Notes: generated from the letters alone by a model not told the origin. A DNA stretch of 64,000 nt from a bacterium (GCA_965213625.1 CBDBZU010000004.1:1440001-1504000), one strand, 5' to 3'; numbered from the stretch's first letter, positions 29,470 through 40,279 are shown. Made by a program: numbers and translations.

Positions 29470-30282
29470 ATGACCAGACCACCTAAAGCCAAAGCGATTG
29501 AACGTCTGCGTAAAGCTCTGAACGAAATCCCTGAAATTAAGCAATTACAACGTGGTTCGCCGGAGTTTAAGAAGTGGCGTAGGAACACACAGGTCGCGAT
29601 CACCAATACTTTCGGAGACAAGTCACGACATATTACAGAATTCAATAAAATTTCTTATTCCCCGTTTAGTATCGCTATGTCAGTACCTTCTGAGAGGCAA
29701 AGACAGAATGCCTATCTCAGTGGTTTGGAGTCTGCGGCCACTGTGCTCGAATCCATGATTGATGAGGTCAATGAGTATTGGGAAGATGAAAATCAGGCAC
29801 CAACGCCTTCCGTAATCCCCCAGAATGGACGGATAGACTCGAAAGAGGTCTTCATCGTTCACGGAAGGGATAACGAAGCGAAGGAAACCGTAGCGAGGTT
29901 TCTTGAACAACTGGAGCTCACTCCGGTAATTCTGCACGAGCAGCCGAGTAAAGGAAGTACGATAATTGAGAAGTTCGAGCGTCATGCGCAGCCTGCGTTC
30001 ACCGTGGTTTTGTTAACGCCTGATGATATAGGCGCGCATAAAGACGATGAGAGCAACCTAAAGCCCCGCGCGAGGCAGAATGTGATTTTCGAACTCGGAT
30101 TTTTCATCGGACGACTTGGCCGTGAGCGTGTCTGCGCCCTGACTAAGGGCAATGTGGAGATACCATCGGACTATGAAGGGGTTGTGTATATTCCTTTGGA
30201 TGATGCTGGTGGTTGGAAGGGGAACATCGTCAGAGAATTAAAGACCGCTGGATTGGATGTCGATGCGAACCGTGTTTTTTAG
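29470..30282 (+). CDS. TIR-like nucleotide-binding domain protein (COG4271, Cap12/Pycsar-type TIR)
   Basis: VFIVHGRD, ILHEQ, TIIEKFE, VLLTPDD, RARQNVIFELGFF, PSDYEGV; lower GC than its flanks. Confidence 0.9.
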   Translation: MTRPPKAKAIERLRKALNEIPEIKQLQRGSPEFKKWRRNTQVAITNTFGDKSRHITEFNKISYSPFSIAMSVPSERQRQNAYLSGLESAATVLESMIDEVNEYWEDENQAPTPSVIPQNGRIDSKEVFIVHGRDNEAKETVARFLEQLELTPVILHEQPSKGSTIIEKFERHAQPAFTVVLLTPDDIGAHKDDESNLKPRARQNVIFELGFFIGRLGRERVCALTKGNVEIPSDYEGVVYIPLDDAGGWKGNIVRELKTAGLDVDANRVF

Positions 30283-30321
30283 CCTTTGTCTTAGAAAACA
30301 ATCCCCCATCGGTGTAACTTC

Positions 30322-30386
30322 GGGAGAACACACAGGTTCTCCCCTACAAACCATCGCGCCGTAGGGGCGGACCTAAGTGTTCGCCC
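30322..30386. repeat. Inverted doublet of GTAG-type REPs (REPIN-like)
   Basis: GGGAGAACACACAGGTTCTCCCCTAC (30322-30347) and GTAGGGGCGGACCTAAGTGTTCGCCC (30361-30386). Confidence 0.7.
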
Positions 30387-30650
30387 GTTTTTAGGCACCC
30401 TTATGTAAACTCTCTCTCTAGATCGGCAATCGCTCATTCTGCAATCACGACAATCGCTTGCTCCTCTCTCTGAATTGACCCTTCCCCCACCTTGTCATCC
30501 CTGAAATCGATGGTGTATTGTCATGGCTCCTTTCGTGGTTTCGTATGGACCCATTCGTCGGGAAACCGCATGAGTCGCGAAGGCGTGGAGTCGGTATTCG
30601 CCGCGCCCGTCGCCTCGTTTTAGGGACGCACTTTTTTGAGGAGTAATCAC

Positions 30651-31829
30651 GTGGCGCTTCCGCTCGACGGCGTTCGAATCGTGTCGCTGGGGGTATCCAT
30701 CAGCGGGCCGGTGGGGCTGCGCCATCTGGCCGATTTCGGGGCGGAAGTCCTGAAGGTGGAAGTCCCGGAAACGGGCGACATGGTCCGGCTCTGGGACGAC
30801 ACGGTCTTCGGCGAGGGGGCGGTGCACTTCTGGGTGAACCCCAACAAGAAGAGCGTGACGCTCAACCTGAAAGACGAACGCGGCAAGAAAATTTTACGGG
30901 AGATGCTTGAGGGCGCGGACGTTTTTCTCGAAAACTTCAGCCCCGGCGCAATCGACAGGCTCGGCTTCGGGTATGAGGAAGTGAAGAAGATTAAGCCCGA
31001 CATCATCTACATCCACACCTCGGGCTACGGGCAGGACGGCCCCTACCGCGACATGAAGGCGTTCGACGGCCTCATTCAGGCGGAAGCCGGCATCATGGAG
31101 ATGACGGGCCCGCCAGAATCCCCCGCGAAAATGGCCCATTCCATCTGCGACGGCGTGACGGGGCTTTTCGTCGCCCTGGGCGCGATGATGGCGCTCAGGC
31201 AGCGCGACAAGACGGGCGAGGGTCAGGAGCTGGACGTCTCGATGTTCGACTGCATGGTGAGCATGCAGGGCTATTTCCATTTTCACTACTACCTGCATGG
31301 CGCCAAGCCGAGCCGCGTGGGGGTGGGGCATCACTTCTTGGCGCCATACGGAGCCTATCCCGCCAAGGGGGGAAAGCTCATCGGCGTCGCGTGCGGAAAC
31401 GAGAATACCTGGCGTCTGTTCGCCGGAGTCCTCGGGCACCCCGAATGGGTGGACGACCCTCGTTTCGCCACCAACGCCGACAGGCACGAGAACAAAGAGG
31501 CGCTGCTCGAACAGGTCCTGCCGATCCTCGCCACGAAAGAACGCGAAGAGTGGCGGCGGATTTTTCTGGAGGCAGGCGTCCCCTGCGGGGCGGTGAACGA
31601 TCTGGGAGAGGTGTGCGATCATCCCCAGACGGCGCACCGGGAGATTTTCCCCGAGGTGGAAGGCGAGTACGGAAGCCTCAAGATGTGCCGCTTTCCGGTG
31701 AAATTCAGCGAGATGACGCCCAGACTCGAACACCCGCCGGGCCTGAGCGCCCATACCGAAGAGGTGCTCGAAACGCTCGGCTACTCCCCGGACGACGTGG
31801 CGGACTTGCGTCGCGACGGCGTGATTTGA
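30651..31829 (+). CDS. CaiB/BaiF family III CoA-transferase
   Basis: PLDGVRI, LADFGAEVLKVE, NKKSVTLNLK, ENFSPG, SGYGQDGPY; GTG start after GAGGAG. Confidence 0.92.
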   Translation: MALPLDGVRIVSLGVSISGPVGLRHLADFGAEVLKVEVPETGDMVRLWDDTVFGEGAVHFWVNPNKKSVTLNLKDERGKKILREMLEGADVFLENFSPGAIDRLGFGYEEVKKIKPDIIYIHTSGYGQDGPYRDMKAFDGLIQAEAGIMEMTGPPESPAKMAHSICDGVTGLFVALGAMMALRQRDKTGEGQELDVSMFDCMVSMQGYFHFHYYLHGAKPSRVGVGHHFLAPYGAYPAKGGKLIGVACGNENTWRLFAGVLGHPEWVDDPRFATNADRHENKEALLEQVLPILATKEREEWRRIFLEAGVPCGAVNDLGEVCDHPQTAHREIFPEVEGEYGSLKMCRFPVKFSEMTPRLEHPPGLSAHTEEVLETLGYSPDDVADLRRDGVI

Positions 31830-31875
31830 TACTTGGCGGAAATTTCGGCCATTTAAATTCAGGAGGGAACATCCC

Positions 31876-33027
31876 TTGCATTTCCAGTTTACCGAACTAC
31901 AGACGAGCGTCCAGCGGATGATGAAGGAATTCGTGGACCGCGAGATCATGCCCATCGCCATGGAATACGAACTCGCCGACAAATACCCCACGCCCATCGT
32001 GGAGAAGATGCAGGAACTCGGCTTTTTCGGTTTTACGATACCCGAGGAATACGGCGGGAGCGGCATGGACGAGGTTTGCTACGCCATCGCCATGGAGGAG
32101 CTGTCCGTCGGCTGGATGAGCGTGGCCGGCATCCTCGGCACGCACATGATGACCGCCTGGATGATTCTGAACTACGGGACGGATGAGCAGAAAAAAACCT
32201 ACCTGCCCAAGATGGCCACCGGCGAGTGGCACTCGGGCATGGCGCTCACAGAACCGGGCTCGGGTTCCGACGCCGCCGCTCTCAAGACGCGCGCGGTGCG
32301 TGAAGACGACCAGTGGGTGTTGAACGGCTCCAAGATGTTCATCTCGAACGCCGAGCACGGCACGATGTTCAGCGTGTTCGCGCGCACCGACCCGGAAAAA
32401 TCGAAAGCAAAGGGCATCTCCTGCATCCTCGTCCACAAGGGAACGCCCGGCTTTCAGGTGAGCAGGCATCTTAAAAAAATGGGCTACCGGGGCATCCGCA
32501 CGAGCGAACTCGTGTTCGAGGACGCGCGCGTGCCGCTCGAAAACCTGCTTGGTGAGGAGAACGAGGGTTTTCCGATGATCATGAGCGGGCTCGAGGGCGG
32601 CCGCGTCAACGTGGCGGCGCGCAGCGTGGGTCTCGCCCGCGCGGCATTCGAGGATTCGATGCGTTATTCCCAGCAGCGCGAGACTTTCGGCAAGCCGCTG
32701 GCGGGGCATCAGCTGATACAGGCGAAGCTCGCCGAGATGGGAACGCGCATCCACGCGGCGAAGCTCATGACGTATCACGCGGCGAACCTGAAGGCCCAGG
32801 GCAAGCGGTGCGACCTCGAAGCCGGCATGGCCAAGTTTTTCGCTTCGGAGACGGCGGAGTTCTGCGCGAGCGAGGCCATTCAGGTGCACGGCGGCATGGG
32901 CTACATCCAGGAATTGCCCGTGGAGCGCTATTTCAGGGACTCGAAACTCCTGGTGGTGGGCGAGGGCTCGAACGAGATTCAGCGCCTCATCATCGCCAAG
33001 AGGCTTCTGGAGCAATACCCCGCCTAG
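31876..33027 (+). CDS. Acyl-CoA dehydrogenase
   Basis: ALTEPGSGSD, LNGSKMFISN, QVHGGMGY, GEGSNEIQR. Confidence 0.95.
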   Translation: MHFQFTELQTSVQRMMKEFVDREIMPIAMEYELADKYPTPIVEKMQELGFFGFTIPEEYGGSGMDEVCYAIAMEELSVGWMSVAGILGTHMMTAWMILNYGTDEQKKTYLPKMATGEWHSGMALTEPGSGSDAAALKTRAVREDDQWVLNGSKMFISNAEHGTMFSVFARTDPEKSKAKGISCILVHKGTPGFQVSRHLKKMGYRGIRTSELVFEDARVPLENLLGEENEGFPMIMSGLEGGRVNVAARSVGLARAAFEDSMRYSQQRETFGKPLAGHQLIQAKLAEMGTRIHAAKLMTYHAANLKAQGKRCDLEAGMAKFFASETAEFCASEAIQVHGGMGYIQELPVERYFRDSKLLVVGEGSNEIQRLIIAKRLLEQYPA

Positions 33028-33061
33028 AGGGGTGGACGGGCGCCAGACAAGGAGAACAAAA

Positions 33062-33565
33062 ATGCCTGATTTTCAGATGGGACGCTGGTTCGAGGATTTT
33101 GTGGTGGGCGAGGTCATCAAGCACAGGCCGGGCCGCACCATACTCGAATCGGACAACACCTGGTTTACCCTGCTCACGAACAACACCCACCCGATCCATT
33201 TCGACGCCCACTATGCGTCCAAGACCCAGTTCGGAAAGCCGCTGGTGAACTCCGCCTTAACACTGGCCGTCGTGGCCGGCATGACAGTCACAGACACCTC
33301 CTACCGCTCGGTGGCGAACCTGGAGTGGACCTACATCAAGATGCCCGCCCCGGTATTCGCAGGCGATACGCTCTACTCGGAATCGGAAATTCTCGACAAG
33401 CGCGAATCGAAGAGCAGGCCCGACCGCGGCATCGTCACCATCAAGACGCGCGCCCACAACCAGCGCGGGGAACTCGTGATGGAATACGAGCGCAAATCCA
33501 TGGCCGCCAAGAAGGGCATGGGTGCCATACCCGATTACGACAACATCGAGTTTGACGGGGAGTAA
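33062..33565 (+). CDS. MaoC-family (hotdog) dehydratase
   Basis: GRWFEDF, GRTI..DNTWF, HPIHFD, PVFAGDTL. Confidence 0.9.
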   Translation: MPDFQMGRWFEDFVVGEVIKHRPGRTILESDNTWFTLLTNNTHPIHFDAHYASKTQFGKPLVNSALTLAVVAGMTVTDTSYRSVANLEWTYIKMPAPVFAGDTLYSESEILDKRESKSRPDRGIVTIKTRAHNQRGELVMEYERKSMAAKKGMGAIPDYDNIEFDGE

Positions 33566-33609
33566 GGGGGCGGCCTACCGGAATTCCTGTTTGAAAGATG
33601 ATGCCGGTT

Positions 33610-33993
33610 CTACTTGCTCGTTCGCTCGATGAGGGTTCGCAGGGCGAGGCTGTCATCCTCCGCTCGCTTCATGAGCATATCCAGCGCCTTGCCACTGCCT
33701 TCTGTTCGCTTGATGAGCGCATCCAACGCCTTGCCGTCTTTTTCCGCACGTTTCATGAGTATGTCCAGCGTCTTGTCTCGAGCGATCGCAGCGCGACGCA
33801 TGAACAAAAGTCCCACGCCGATGAGCGCGCATTGCGCAAAACCCACCGCGCCGGCCACCCATACACCGGCGTATTGGATTGCGAGCGCCGATTCCTGCAA
33901 TATCAGCGCCGATTGTTGCACGTCGAGCGTCGATTTTTGGACTGCCAACATGGAGTTTTGTATCGCCAAGGTCGCTATTTCGAATTCGGTCAT
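33610..33993 (-). CDS. Hypothetical single-pass membrane protein with 7-aa and 14-aa repeats
   Basis: LAIQNSM/LAVQKST/LDVQQSA/LILQESA heptads, a TM segment, then K.LD.L.KR.E three times. Confidence 0.6.
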   Translation of the reverse strand: MTEFEIATLAIQNSMLAVQKSTLDVQQSALILQESALAIQYAGVWVAGAVGFAQCALIGVGLLFMRRAAIARDKTLDILMKRAEKDGKALDALIKRTEGSGKALDMLMKRAEDDSLALRTLIERTSK

Positions 33994-34269
33994 CGTTCTT
34001 TCCCCATAAAGTTCTCTTTTCTTCCAAGTTGTATGCCAGTTCCCCACATTAGGTTCTCACAAGAATGCTTGTCAACTCTTCTCCGAATCGCACCCGCCAA
34101 GCCTCATGATTTGCACGAAACAGCGCCGCCCATTTGACCCCCATCCCCTCTTTGCGGGCGTTGGGGCGTGTGGTAGTATCTCGCGGTCGTATTTCGGAAC
34201 GAGAAGCGCGTGCGAGGGCCATCGGCTTCTCATCCATTCCAAACACCTGATACGAGCGAGGGAAAAGTC

Positions 34270-35451
34270 TTGTCTGAAGAGCTGAATCCGCATCTGCGTT
34301 TACTGCTGGGGCCGGGGCCGAGCCCGGTTCACCCGAGAATACTGAAAGCCATGAGCACCCATGTGGTGGGGCATCTGGACCCCGATTTTCTGGCGGTGAT
34401 GGACGACTGCCAGGGAATGCTGCGTGAGCTATTCAACACCGAGAACCAGGTGACGTTCCCCGTATCTGGCACGGGAAGCGCTGCGATGGAGGCTTCCGTC
34501 TGCAACATCATCGAGCCGGGCGATAAGGCCATCGTCTGTGTGAACGGCGTGTTCGGCGGACGCATGAGCGACGTCGCTTCCCGCTACGGGGCGGAGGTCG
34601 TCACCGTGGAAGCCCCTTGGGGCCAGCCGATCGACCCCCAGGACGTGAAGGCCGCGCTCGACGCCAATCCCGACGCCGTGATGGTCGGGGTCGTCCATGC
34701 GGAAACCAGCACGGGCGTGCTCCAGCCGATGGAGGAGATTGGCGCGATGTGCCGCGAGCACGGCGCGCTCTTGCTGCTCGATTGCGTCACTTCCTTGGGC
34801 GGCGTGCCCGTGGAACTCGATAAGTGGGGGGTGGAGGTCGCCTACAGCGGCACGCAGAAATGCCTGGCGTGCCCGCCGGGCGTCGCGCCTATCACCTTCA
34901 GCGAGCGAGCGCTCGGCAAAGTGCGCGAGCGTAAATCGAAAGTCACGAGCTGGTATTTCGACGTGAGTATGGTGGAGAAATACTGGGGCAACGAGCGCGT
35001 CTATCACCACACAGGTCCCATCTCCATGAACTACGCGATCAGGGAAGCGCTCAGAATCATCTTTGATGAGGGTCTCGATGCGCGCTTTGCGAGACACGCC
35101 CTGGCGAGCAAGGCGTTACAGGCGGGCGTCGAGGCGCTCGGGATGTCCATGTTCGCCCAGGAGGGCGCGCGCACGCCCACCCTCAACACCGTAGCCCTCC
35201 GCGAGGGGACGGATGACGGCGCAGTCCGCAAGAGCCTGCTCAACGATTTCAACATCGAGATCGGCGGCGGACTGGGCGCGGTGGCCGGCAAGATCTGGCG
35301 TATCGGGATGATGGGCCACGGGGCTACCCAGGCCAACGTCGTCTACCTTCTCTCGGCGCTGGAGGTGATTTTCTCCAAATTGGGGTATATTACAAAGGCT
35401 GGAGATGGTGTCGGAGCCGCTTCACAGGTCTATGCGGACGCGGCTTCCTGA
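34270..35451 (+). CDS. Alanine-glyoxylate / serine-pyruvate aminotransferase (class V)
   Basis: [31 protein letters not shown] (PLP Lys), WRIGMMG. Confidence 0.92.
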   Translation: MSEELNPHLRLLLGPGPSPVHPRILKAMSTHVVGHLDPDFLAVMDDCQGMLRELFNTENQVTFPVSGTGSAAMEASVCNIIEPGDKAIVCVNGVFGGRMSDVASRYGAEVVTVEAPWGQPIDPQDVKAALDANPDAVMVGVVHAETSTGVLQPMEEIGAMCREHGALLLLDCVTSLGGVPVELDKWGVEVAYSGTQKCLACPPGVAPITFSERALGKVRERKSKVTSWYFDVSMVEKYWGNERVYHHTGPISMNYAIREALRIIFDEGLDARFARHALASKALQAGVEALGMSMFAQEGARTPTLNTVALREGTDDGAVRKSLLNDFNIEIGGGLGAVAGKIWRIGMMGHGATQANVVYLLSALEVIFSKLGYITKAGDGVGAASQVYADAAS

Positions 35452-35476
35452 TCATTCATCCAAAGGAGTTTAGCCG

Positions 35477-35677
35477 ATGTTCCCGATGAATATGGGCATT
35501 CCCGAGCTTCTGGTCATTCTCGCGATCTGCGTGCTGGTTTTCGGCGCGAAGCGGTTGCCCGAAATCGGCTCGGGGCTCGCTCGAGGCATCAAGAGCTTCA
35601 AGAAGGGGATGACCGACGACCCGGAACTGCCCGACAAGAAAGAGGCGTCAGCCGCAGGAGAGGGCGATAAGGGCTGA
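35477..35677 (+). CDS. tatA: Twin-arginine translocase TatA/E
   Basis: GIPELLVIL...[22 protein letters not shown]. Confidence 0.95.
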   Translation: MFPMNMGIPELLVILAICVLVFGAKRLPEIGSGLARGIKSFKKGMTDDPELPDKKEASAAGEGDKG

Positions 35678-35931
35678 AGAGCCGGTTCGTATTCTTCCTC
35701 GCGCGTGAATCCTGAAGTGTTCACCGCGGCGGGTCGTTTCTTTGAATGGCGATGATGCACTGCGCCTGCCGAGAGTTGCGGTAGATGGGCAGGGGATAGC
35801 CTTTCAGGGCGCTGCGTGGCCTTATCCTTTCAAGAGGGCGCCGGAAGAAGTCCCGTGAACGCCGGCTAAATTTTGTGACCAGCCCTGCGCGCGCAGCGGT
35901 TGGTTTTTCATTTTGAAGTCGGAGATACCGG

Positions 35932-37173
35932 GTGGAATTCTTCAAGGTCGTATCACCAAAAGAAGCGAAAAGCGCGCTTCAAGGCTTCCGTGCTTTGGGG
36001 GAGGAGCGCGTCTCTTCTTTTGACGCAGTAGGCCGCGTTCTGGCCTGTGACGTACGCTCTCCCGTCGACCTTCCCGATTTCGCGCGCGCCACGATGGACG
36101 GCTACGCGCTGAGAGCCTCGGATTCTTTCGGCGCGGGCGAAGCCATCCCCGCCTATCTCGATATCATTGGCCAGGTGCCTATGGGGGCGGCGCCGGAGTT
36201 CCCGGTGGGCCGGGGAGAGGCGGCGCGCATTTTGACGGGTGGCATGGTGCCGGAGGGCGCGGACGCCGTGGTGATGGAGGAGTTCACCTCGGCTCCCGAC
36301 GCGGAGACTCTGGAGGTACGGCGTCCCGCCGCCGTGGGCGAGAACGTCCTTGGCGTTGGCGATGATCTCAAAAAAGACGAGTTGATCCTCGGGGCGGGTG
36401 CCCGCCTGAGGAGCCAGGACGTGGGCGCGTTGGCCGGCGTGGGCGTCACTTCGGTGGAAGTCCACCGCCGTCCACGGGTGGCGATACTCCCCACGGGCGA
36501 TGAATTGGTCGACCCGCGCGAGACGCCGCGCGCAGGCCAGGTGCGCGATATCAACCGTTTCTCCCTCGCGGCGGGGGTGGTCGAGGCGGGAGGCGAGCCC
36601 GAGACCGAGGAGATTCTCCCCGACGATCTCGCCGTCATCAAAGAACGTCTTCATCAAGCGGTGGGTCGTGCGGACGTCGTGCTCATCTCGGGCGGAAGCT
36701 CCATGGGTCTACGTGACTATACGGTCGAGGCCATCGACTCGCTGGGCGAGCCGGGTGTTCTGGTGCACGGCATATCCATCAAGCCCGGCAAGCCGACCAT
36801 CATCGGGCGGATTGAGAGAGACGGCGAGGACAAGGCCGTCATCGGTATTCCGGGTCATCCGGTCTCGGCCCTCATGATCTTTCACGCCTTCGTCCGTCCC
36901 GTCATCCGGCAGTTGAGCGGCGAGGTCGCCCGCACCGAAGCGGAAAAGGAAGGTCTCGCGGCCACCCTTTCGAGGAACGTAGCCTCGGCTCCCGGACGCG
37001 AGGACCTGATTCGCGTTACGCTGGCAGAGGACGAGAACGGGCGCGTCGCCCATCCCCTCATGGGTAATTCCGCGATGATATCGACCATGACGAAGGCGGA
37101 CGGCTACATCACGATTCCCCTCGAAGCCGAGGGTCTGCGCGAGGGAGCGCAAGTGCGCGTGCATCTGTATTGA
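35932..37173 (+). CDS. moeA: Molybdopterin molybdotransferase MoeA
   Basis: ATMDGYA, TGG..PEGADAVVM.E, TGDEL, SGGSS, KPGKP, PGHPVS. Confidence 0.93.
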   Translation: MEFFKVVSPKEAKSALQGFRALGEERVSSFDAVGRVLACDVRSPVDLPDFARATMDGYALRASDSFGAGEAIPAYLDIIGQVPMGAAPEFPVGRGEAARILTGGMVPEGADAVVMEEFTSAPDAETLEVRRPAAVGENVLGVGDDLKKDELILGAGARLRSQDVGALAGVGVTSVEVHRRPRVAILPTGDELVDPRETPRAGQVRDINRFSLAAGVVEAGGEPETEEILPDDLAVIKERLHQAVGRADVVLISGGSSMGLRDYTVEAIDSLGEPGVLVHGISIKPGKPTIIGRIERDGEDKAVIGIPGHPVSALMIFHAFVRPVIRQLSGEVARTEAEKEGLAATLSRNVASAPGREDLIRVTLAEDENGRVAHPLMGNSAMISTMTKADGYITIPLEAEGLREGAQVRVHLY

Positions 37174-37214
37174 ACTCTGGCGCACGGTTTTCTCATTGAA
37201 TCAGGTATAAGCGA

Positions 37215-39164
37215 ATGAACAATTTACCCCTGGCCCAGGGGGGCCGGAAAATTTATTTGGAAAACATCCCGCGCGAAGAGGCGCTCTCGCGTCTTCTGGA
37301 GAAAGTGGGTGACTTCCGCTTGGGTGAGGAAGAAATTCCGACGCCGGGGGCCTTGGGGCGCGTGACCTCGCGCGCGGCCTACGCGCAGGTTTCCAGCCCA
37401 CACTTTCACGCCGCCGCGATGGACGGCTACGCTCTCGTCTCGGCGGAAACTTCGGGCGCCACGCCCGTTGCGCCCAAAGAATTTCTCTTGGACGAAGAAG
37501 CCCACCCCCTCGACACAGGCGATCCCATGCCCGAGGGAACGGATTGCGTCGTCATGATCGAACACGTTCACGAGCCGACCCCCGGCGCGATTCGCATCGA
37601 GGCGGCGCTCTCGCCCTGGCAGAACGTGCGCGTGGCGGGAGAGGACGTCGTAGAGGGCCAGCTCATACTCACGGCGGGGCATACTTTAAGGCCCTACGAT
37701 CTGGGCGCCCTTCTCGCGGCGGGGATCACCCGCGTGTGGGTTCGGCGGCGTCCGCGCGTCGCCATCATCCCCACCGGGGATGAACTCGTGGAAGCGGGCG
37801 CCGATCTCAAGCCCGGCGATCTGGTGGAGTTCAACTCGAGCGTCATGTCCGCCTTCATCACCGAGTGGGGGGGAGAAGCGCTCCCCGCCCCGATTCTCGA
37901 AGACAGGTTCGAGGCAATCGAGGGTGCGGTGCGAGACGCGCTCGAAAATGCGGATGTCGTTCTGGTGAACGCGGGTTCATCCGCAGGACGCGAGGATCAC
38001 ACTGCCGCCGTCGTCGAAAAACTGGGCGAACTCCTCGTTCACGGTGTGGCCATATTCCCGGGCAAGCCCACCATACTGGGCGTTTGCGCATCGGAATCAA
38101 GCGCGCGCAAGCCGGTGCTCGGGATTCCGGGCTATCCGGTCTCGGCGGTGCTGGCGCTTCAGGAATTCGTACGTCCGCTCATGGCGCACATGGCGGGCGC
38201 GGCCCCCGGCGAGGAGGAGCGTATCAGCGCCTTCATGAGCCGGAAGAGCGCCTCGCGGCTGGGGATGGAGGAGTTCTTGCGCGTGAAGTTGGGACAAGTG
38301 GGTGAGCGGATGGTTTGCCTACCCGCAAAGCGCGGGGCCAGCGTCATCAGTTCGCTTGTGGAGGCGGATGGCGTGGTGCGCGTACCCCCCCACTCGGAGG
38401 GAATCGAGACGGGTGAGGAGGTAACGGTCGAGTTGTTGAGGCCCTTCGCCGATATCCGGGGCAACCTGCTCATGGCGGGCAGCCACGACAACGCGCTCGA
38501 CCTGCTGGCGGACGAGTTGAGAGCGCGCCACCACGACACGCGTCTTTCCGCCTCGGCGGTGGGTTCGCTGGCGGGCCTTATCGCCGTGCGCGACGGCGAG
38601 GCGCACATCGCGGGCAGCCACCTGCTCGACCCCGAGACCGGGGAGTACAACTGGTACTACATCGAACGCTATTTGAAAGGCCGTGAGGTCGTAGTGGTGA
38701 ATTTCGTGCAAAGAGAACAGGGCATCCTCACGCCCAGCGGGAACCCCAAGGGTATCACCGGCGTAGCGGATCTGAGCCGTGAAGATGTCTCCATCATCAA
38801 CCGCCAGAGCGGAGCGGGCACGCGGGTGCTGCTCGATCACCTCATGTCGCGCGAGGGTCTCTCGCCAGGCGATGTACATGGCTATGAACGGGTGGAGACC
38901 ACGCACATGGCGTTGGCCATGGCGGTTGCGGCCGGGCGCGCTGATTGCGGCCTGGGGATTTTCGCTGCAGCGCACATGCTGGGTCTTAATTTCATCCCGC
39001 TTGAGCGCGAACGGTTCGATTTCATCGTACCGAAGGAACAATGGGAGACGCCCGCAATCCAGAAAGTGGTGGATATTTTGAACGATGAGGCTTTTCGGGA
39101 TGCCGTGGAGGCGCTGGGCGGGTATAATACGGAGTTGACCGGCCAGGTAATGGCCGCACCCTAG
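37215..39164 (+). CDS. moeA: MoeA fused to a C-terminal PBP-like domain
   Basis: AAMDGYA, TGDEL, PGKP, PGYPVS, then GSHD, GSLAGL, INRQSGAGTR. Confidence 0.9.
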   Translation: MNNLPLAQGGRKIYLENIPREEALSRLLEKVGDFRLGEEEIPTPGALGRVTSRAAYAQVSSPHFHAAAMDGYALVSAETSGATPVAPKEFLLDEEAHPLDTGDPMPEGTDCVVMIEHVHEPTPGAIRIEAALSPWQNVRVAGEDVVEGQLILTAGHTLRPYDLGALLAAGITRVWVRRRPRVAIIPTGDELVEAGADLKPGDLVEFNSSVMSAFITEWGGEALPAPILEDRFEAIEGAVRDALENADVVLVNAGSSAGREDHTAAVVEKLGELLVHGVAIFPGKPTILGVCASESSARKPVLGIPGYPVSAVLALQEFVRPLMAHMAGAAPGEEERISAFMSRKSASRLGMEEFLRVKLGQVGERMVCLPAKRGASVISSLVEADGVVRVPPHSEGIETGEEVTVELLRPFADIRGNLLMAGSHDNALDLLADELRARHHDTRLSASAVGSLAGLIAVRDGEAHIAGSHLLDPETGEYNWYYIERYLKGREVVVVNFVQREQGILTPSGNPKGITGVADLSREDVSIINRQSGAGTRVLLDHLMSREGLSPGDVHGYERVETTHMALAMAVAAGRADCGLGIFAAAHMLGLNFIPLERERFDFIVPKEQWETPAIQKVVDILNDEAFRDAVEALGGYNTELTGQVMAAP

Positions 39165-39180
39165 AGAAAAGGTTGGAGAA

Positions 39181-40164
39181 ATGGCGTTATTCGATCGCTA
39201 CGGACGCGCGCACGATGATTTGAGAATCTCGGTGACGGACAGGTGCAACTTCCGGTGTTTTTACTGTATGCCCGAAGAAGGCATGACGTGGCTGCCCCAC
39301 GATGAGGTTCTGAATTACGAGGAGATCACCCGCGTGGTGCGCATCACCACCGAGCTGGGCTTCACGAGCTATCACTTGACCGGCGGCGAGCCGCTCCTGC
39401 GAAAGGATCTCCATAATCTCGTCGAGCAGATGGTGGAAGTACAGCCCGATATGGATCTGGCGCTTACGACCAATGGCGTCTTTCTCCCTAAAATGGCGAA
39501 AGATCTCTATGCGGCGGGCTTAAGACGCGTGAACATCAGCCTGGATTCCATGGACGCGGGCAAATTCCTGTTCATGACGCGCCGCGACGTGTTCGGCCAG
39601 GTGATGGAGGGCATCGAGGCGGCGGCAGAGGCCGGATTCTCACCCATCAAGATCAACGCGGTGGCGGTCAAGGGACTGAGCGAGGATGAATTGCCGCGCT
39701 TCGCGAAATGGTCGCGTGAGACGGGCCACGTCGTGCGTTTCATCGAATATATGCCGCTCGATGCGGACCGCACTTGGGCGCATGAGAAGGTCTTGTCGGC
39801 GGAGGAGATACTGGAAGGTTTATCCGTCGAAGGAGAACTCGAGCTCGTGAGCGGCCATCCCTCGGACCCCGCGACGCGCTACCGCTACAAGGACGGCAAG
39901 GGCGAGGTGGGCGTCATCGCCTCGGTCACGCGGCCTTTCTGTCAGGACTGCAACCGCATCCGCCTGACGGCGGACGGCATGGTGCGAACCTGCCTGTTCT
40001 CCACCGTCGAGCACGACGTCAAGAAAATGCTCAGGGGCGGTGCTACGGACGATGCGATAAAGGCCTGGCTCGCCGAGGTAGTGCTCACCAAGACGCCGGG
40101 CCACCTCATCGGTCAGGAAGAGTTCGTCCAGCCCGAACGCACGATGAGCTCCATCGGCGGCTAG
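39181..40164 (+). CDS. moaA: GTP 3',8-cyclase MoaA
   Basis: [29 protein letters not shown]...CL, C-terminal MSSIGG. Confidence 0.97.
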   Translation: MALFDRYGRAHDDLRISVTDRCNFRCFYCMPEEGMTWLPHDEVLNYEEITRVVRITTELGFTSYHLTGGEPLLRKDLHNLVEQMVEVQPDMDLALTTNGVFLPKMAKDLYAAGLRRVNISLDSMDAGKFLFMTRRDVFGQVMEGIEAAAEAGFSPIKINAVAVKGLSEDELPRFAKWSRETGHVVRFIEYMPLDADRTWAHEKVLSAEEILEGLSVEGELELVSGHPSDPATRYRYKDGKGEVGVIASVTRPFCQDCNRIRLTADGMVRTCLFSTVEHDVKKMLRGGATDDAIKAWLAEVVLTKTPGHLIGQEEFVQPERTMSSIGG

Positions 40165-40279
40165 ATTTTTTTCCTGTCAATCGACATTCAAATACTTAGG
40201 TGAAGGAATAGAATCCGCTCCCGTAGCGTATGCTTGCGCGTTGTTCGAGAACCTGAACGACGATAGAAGGAGGTTAGTT

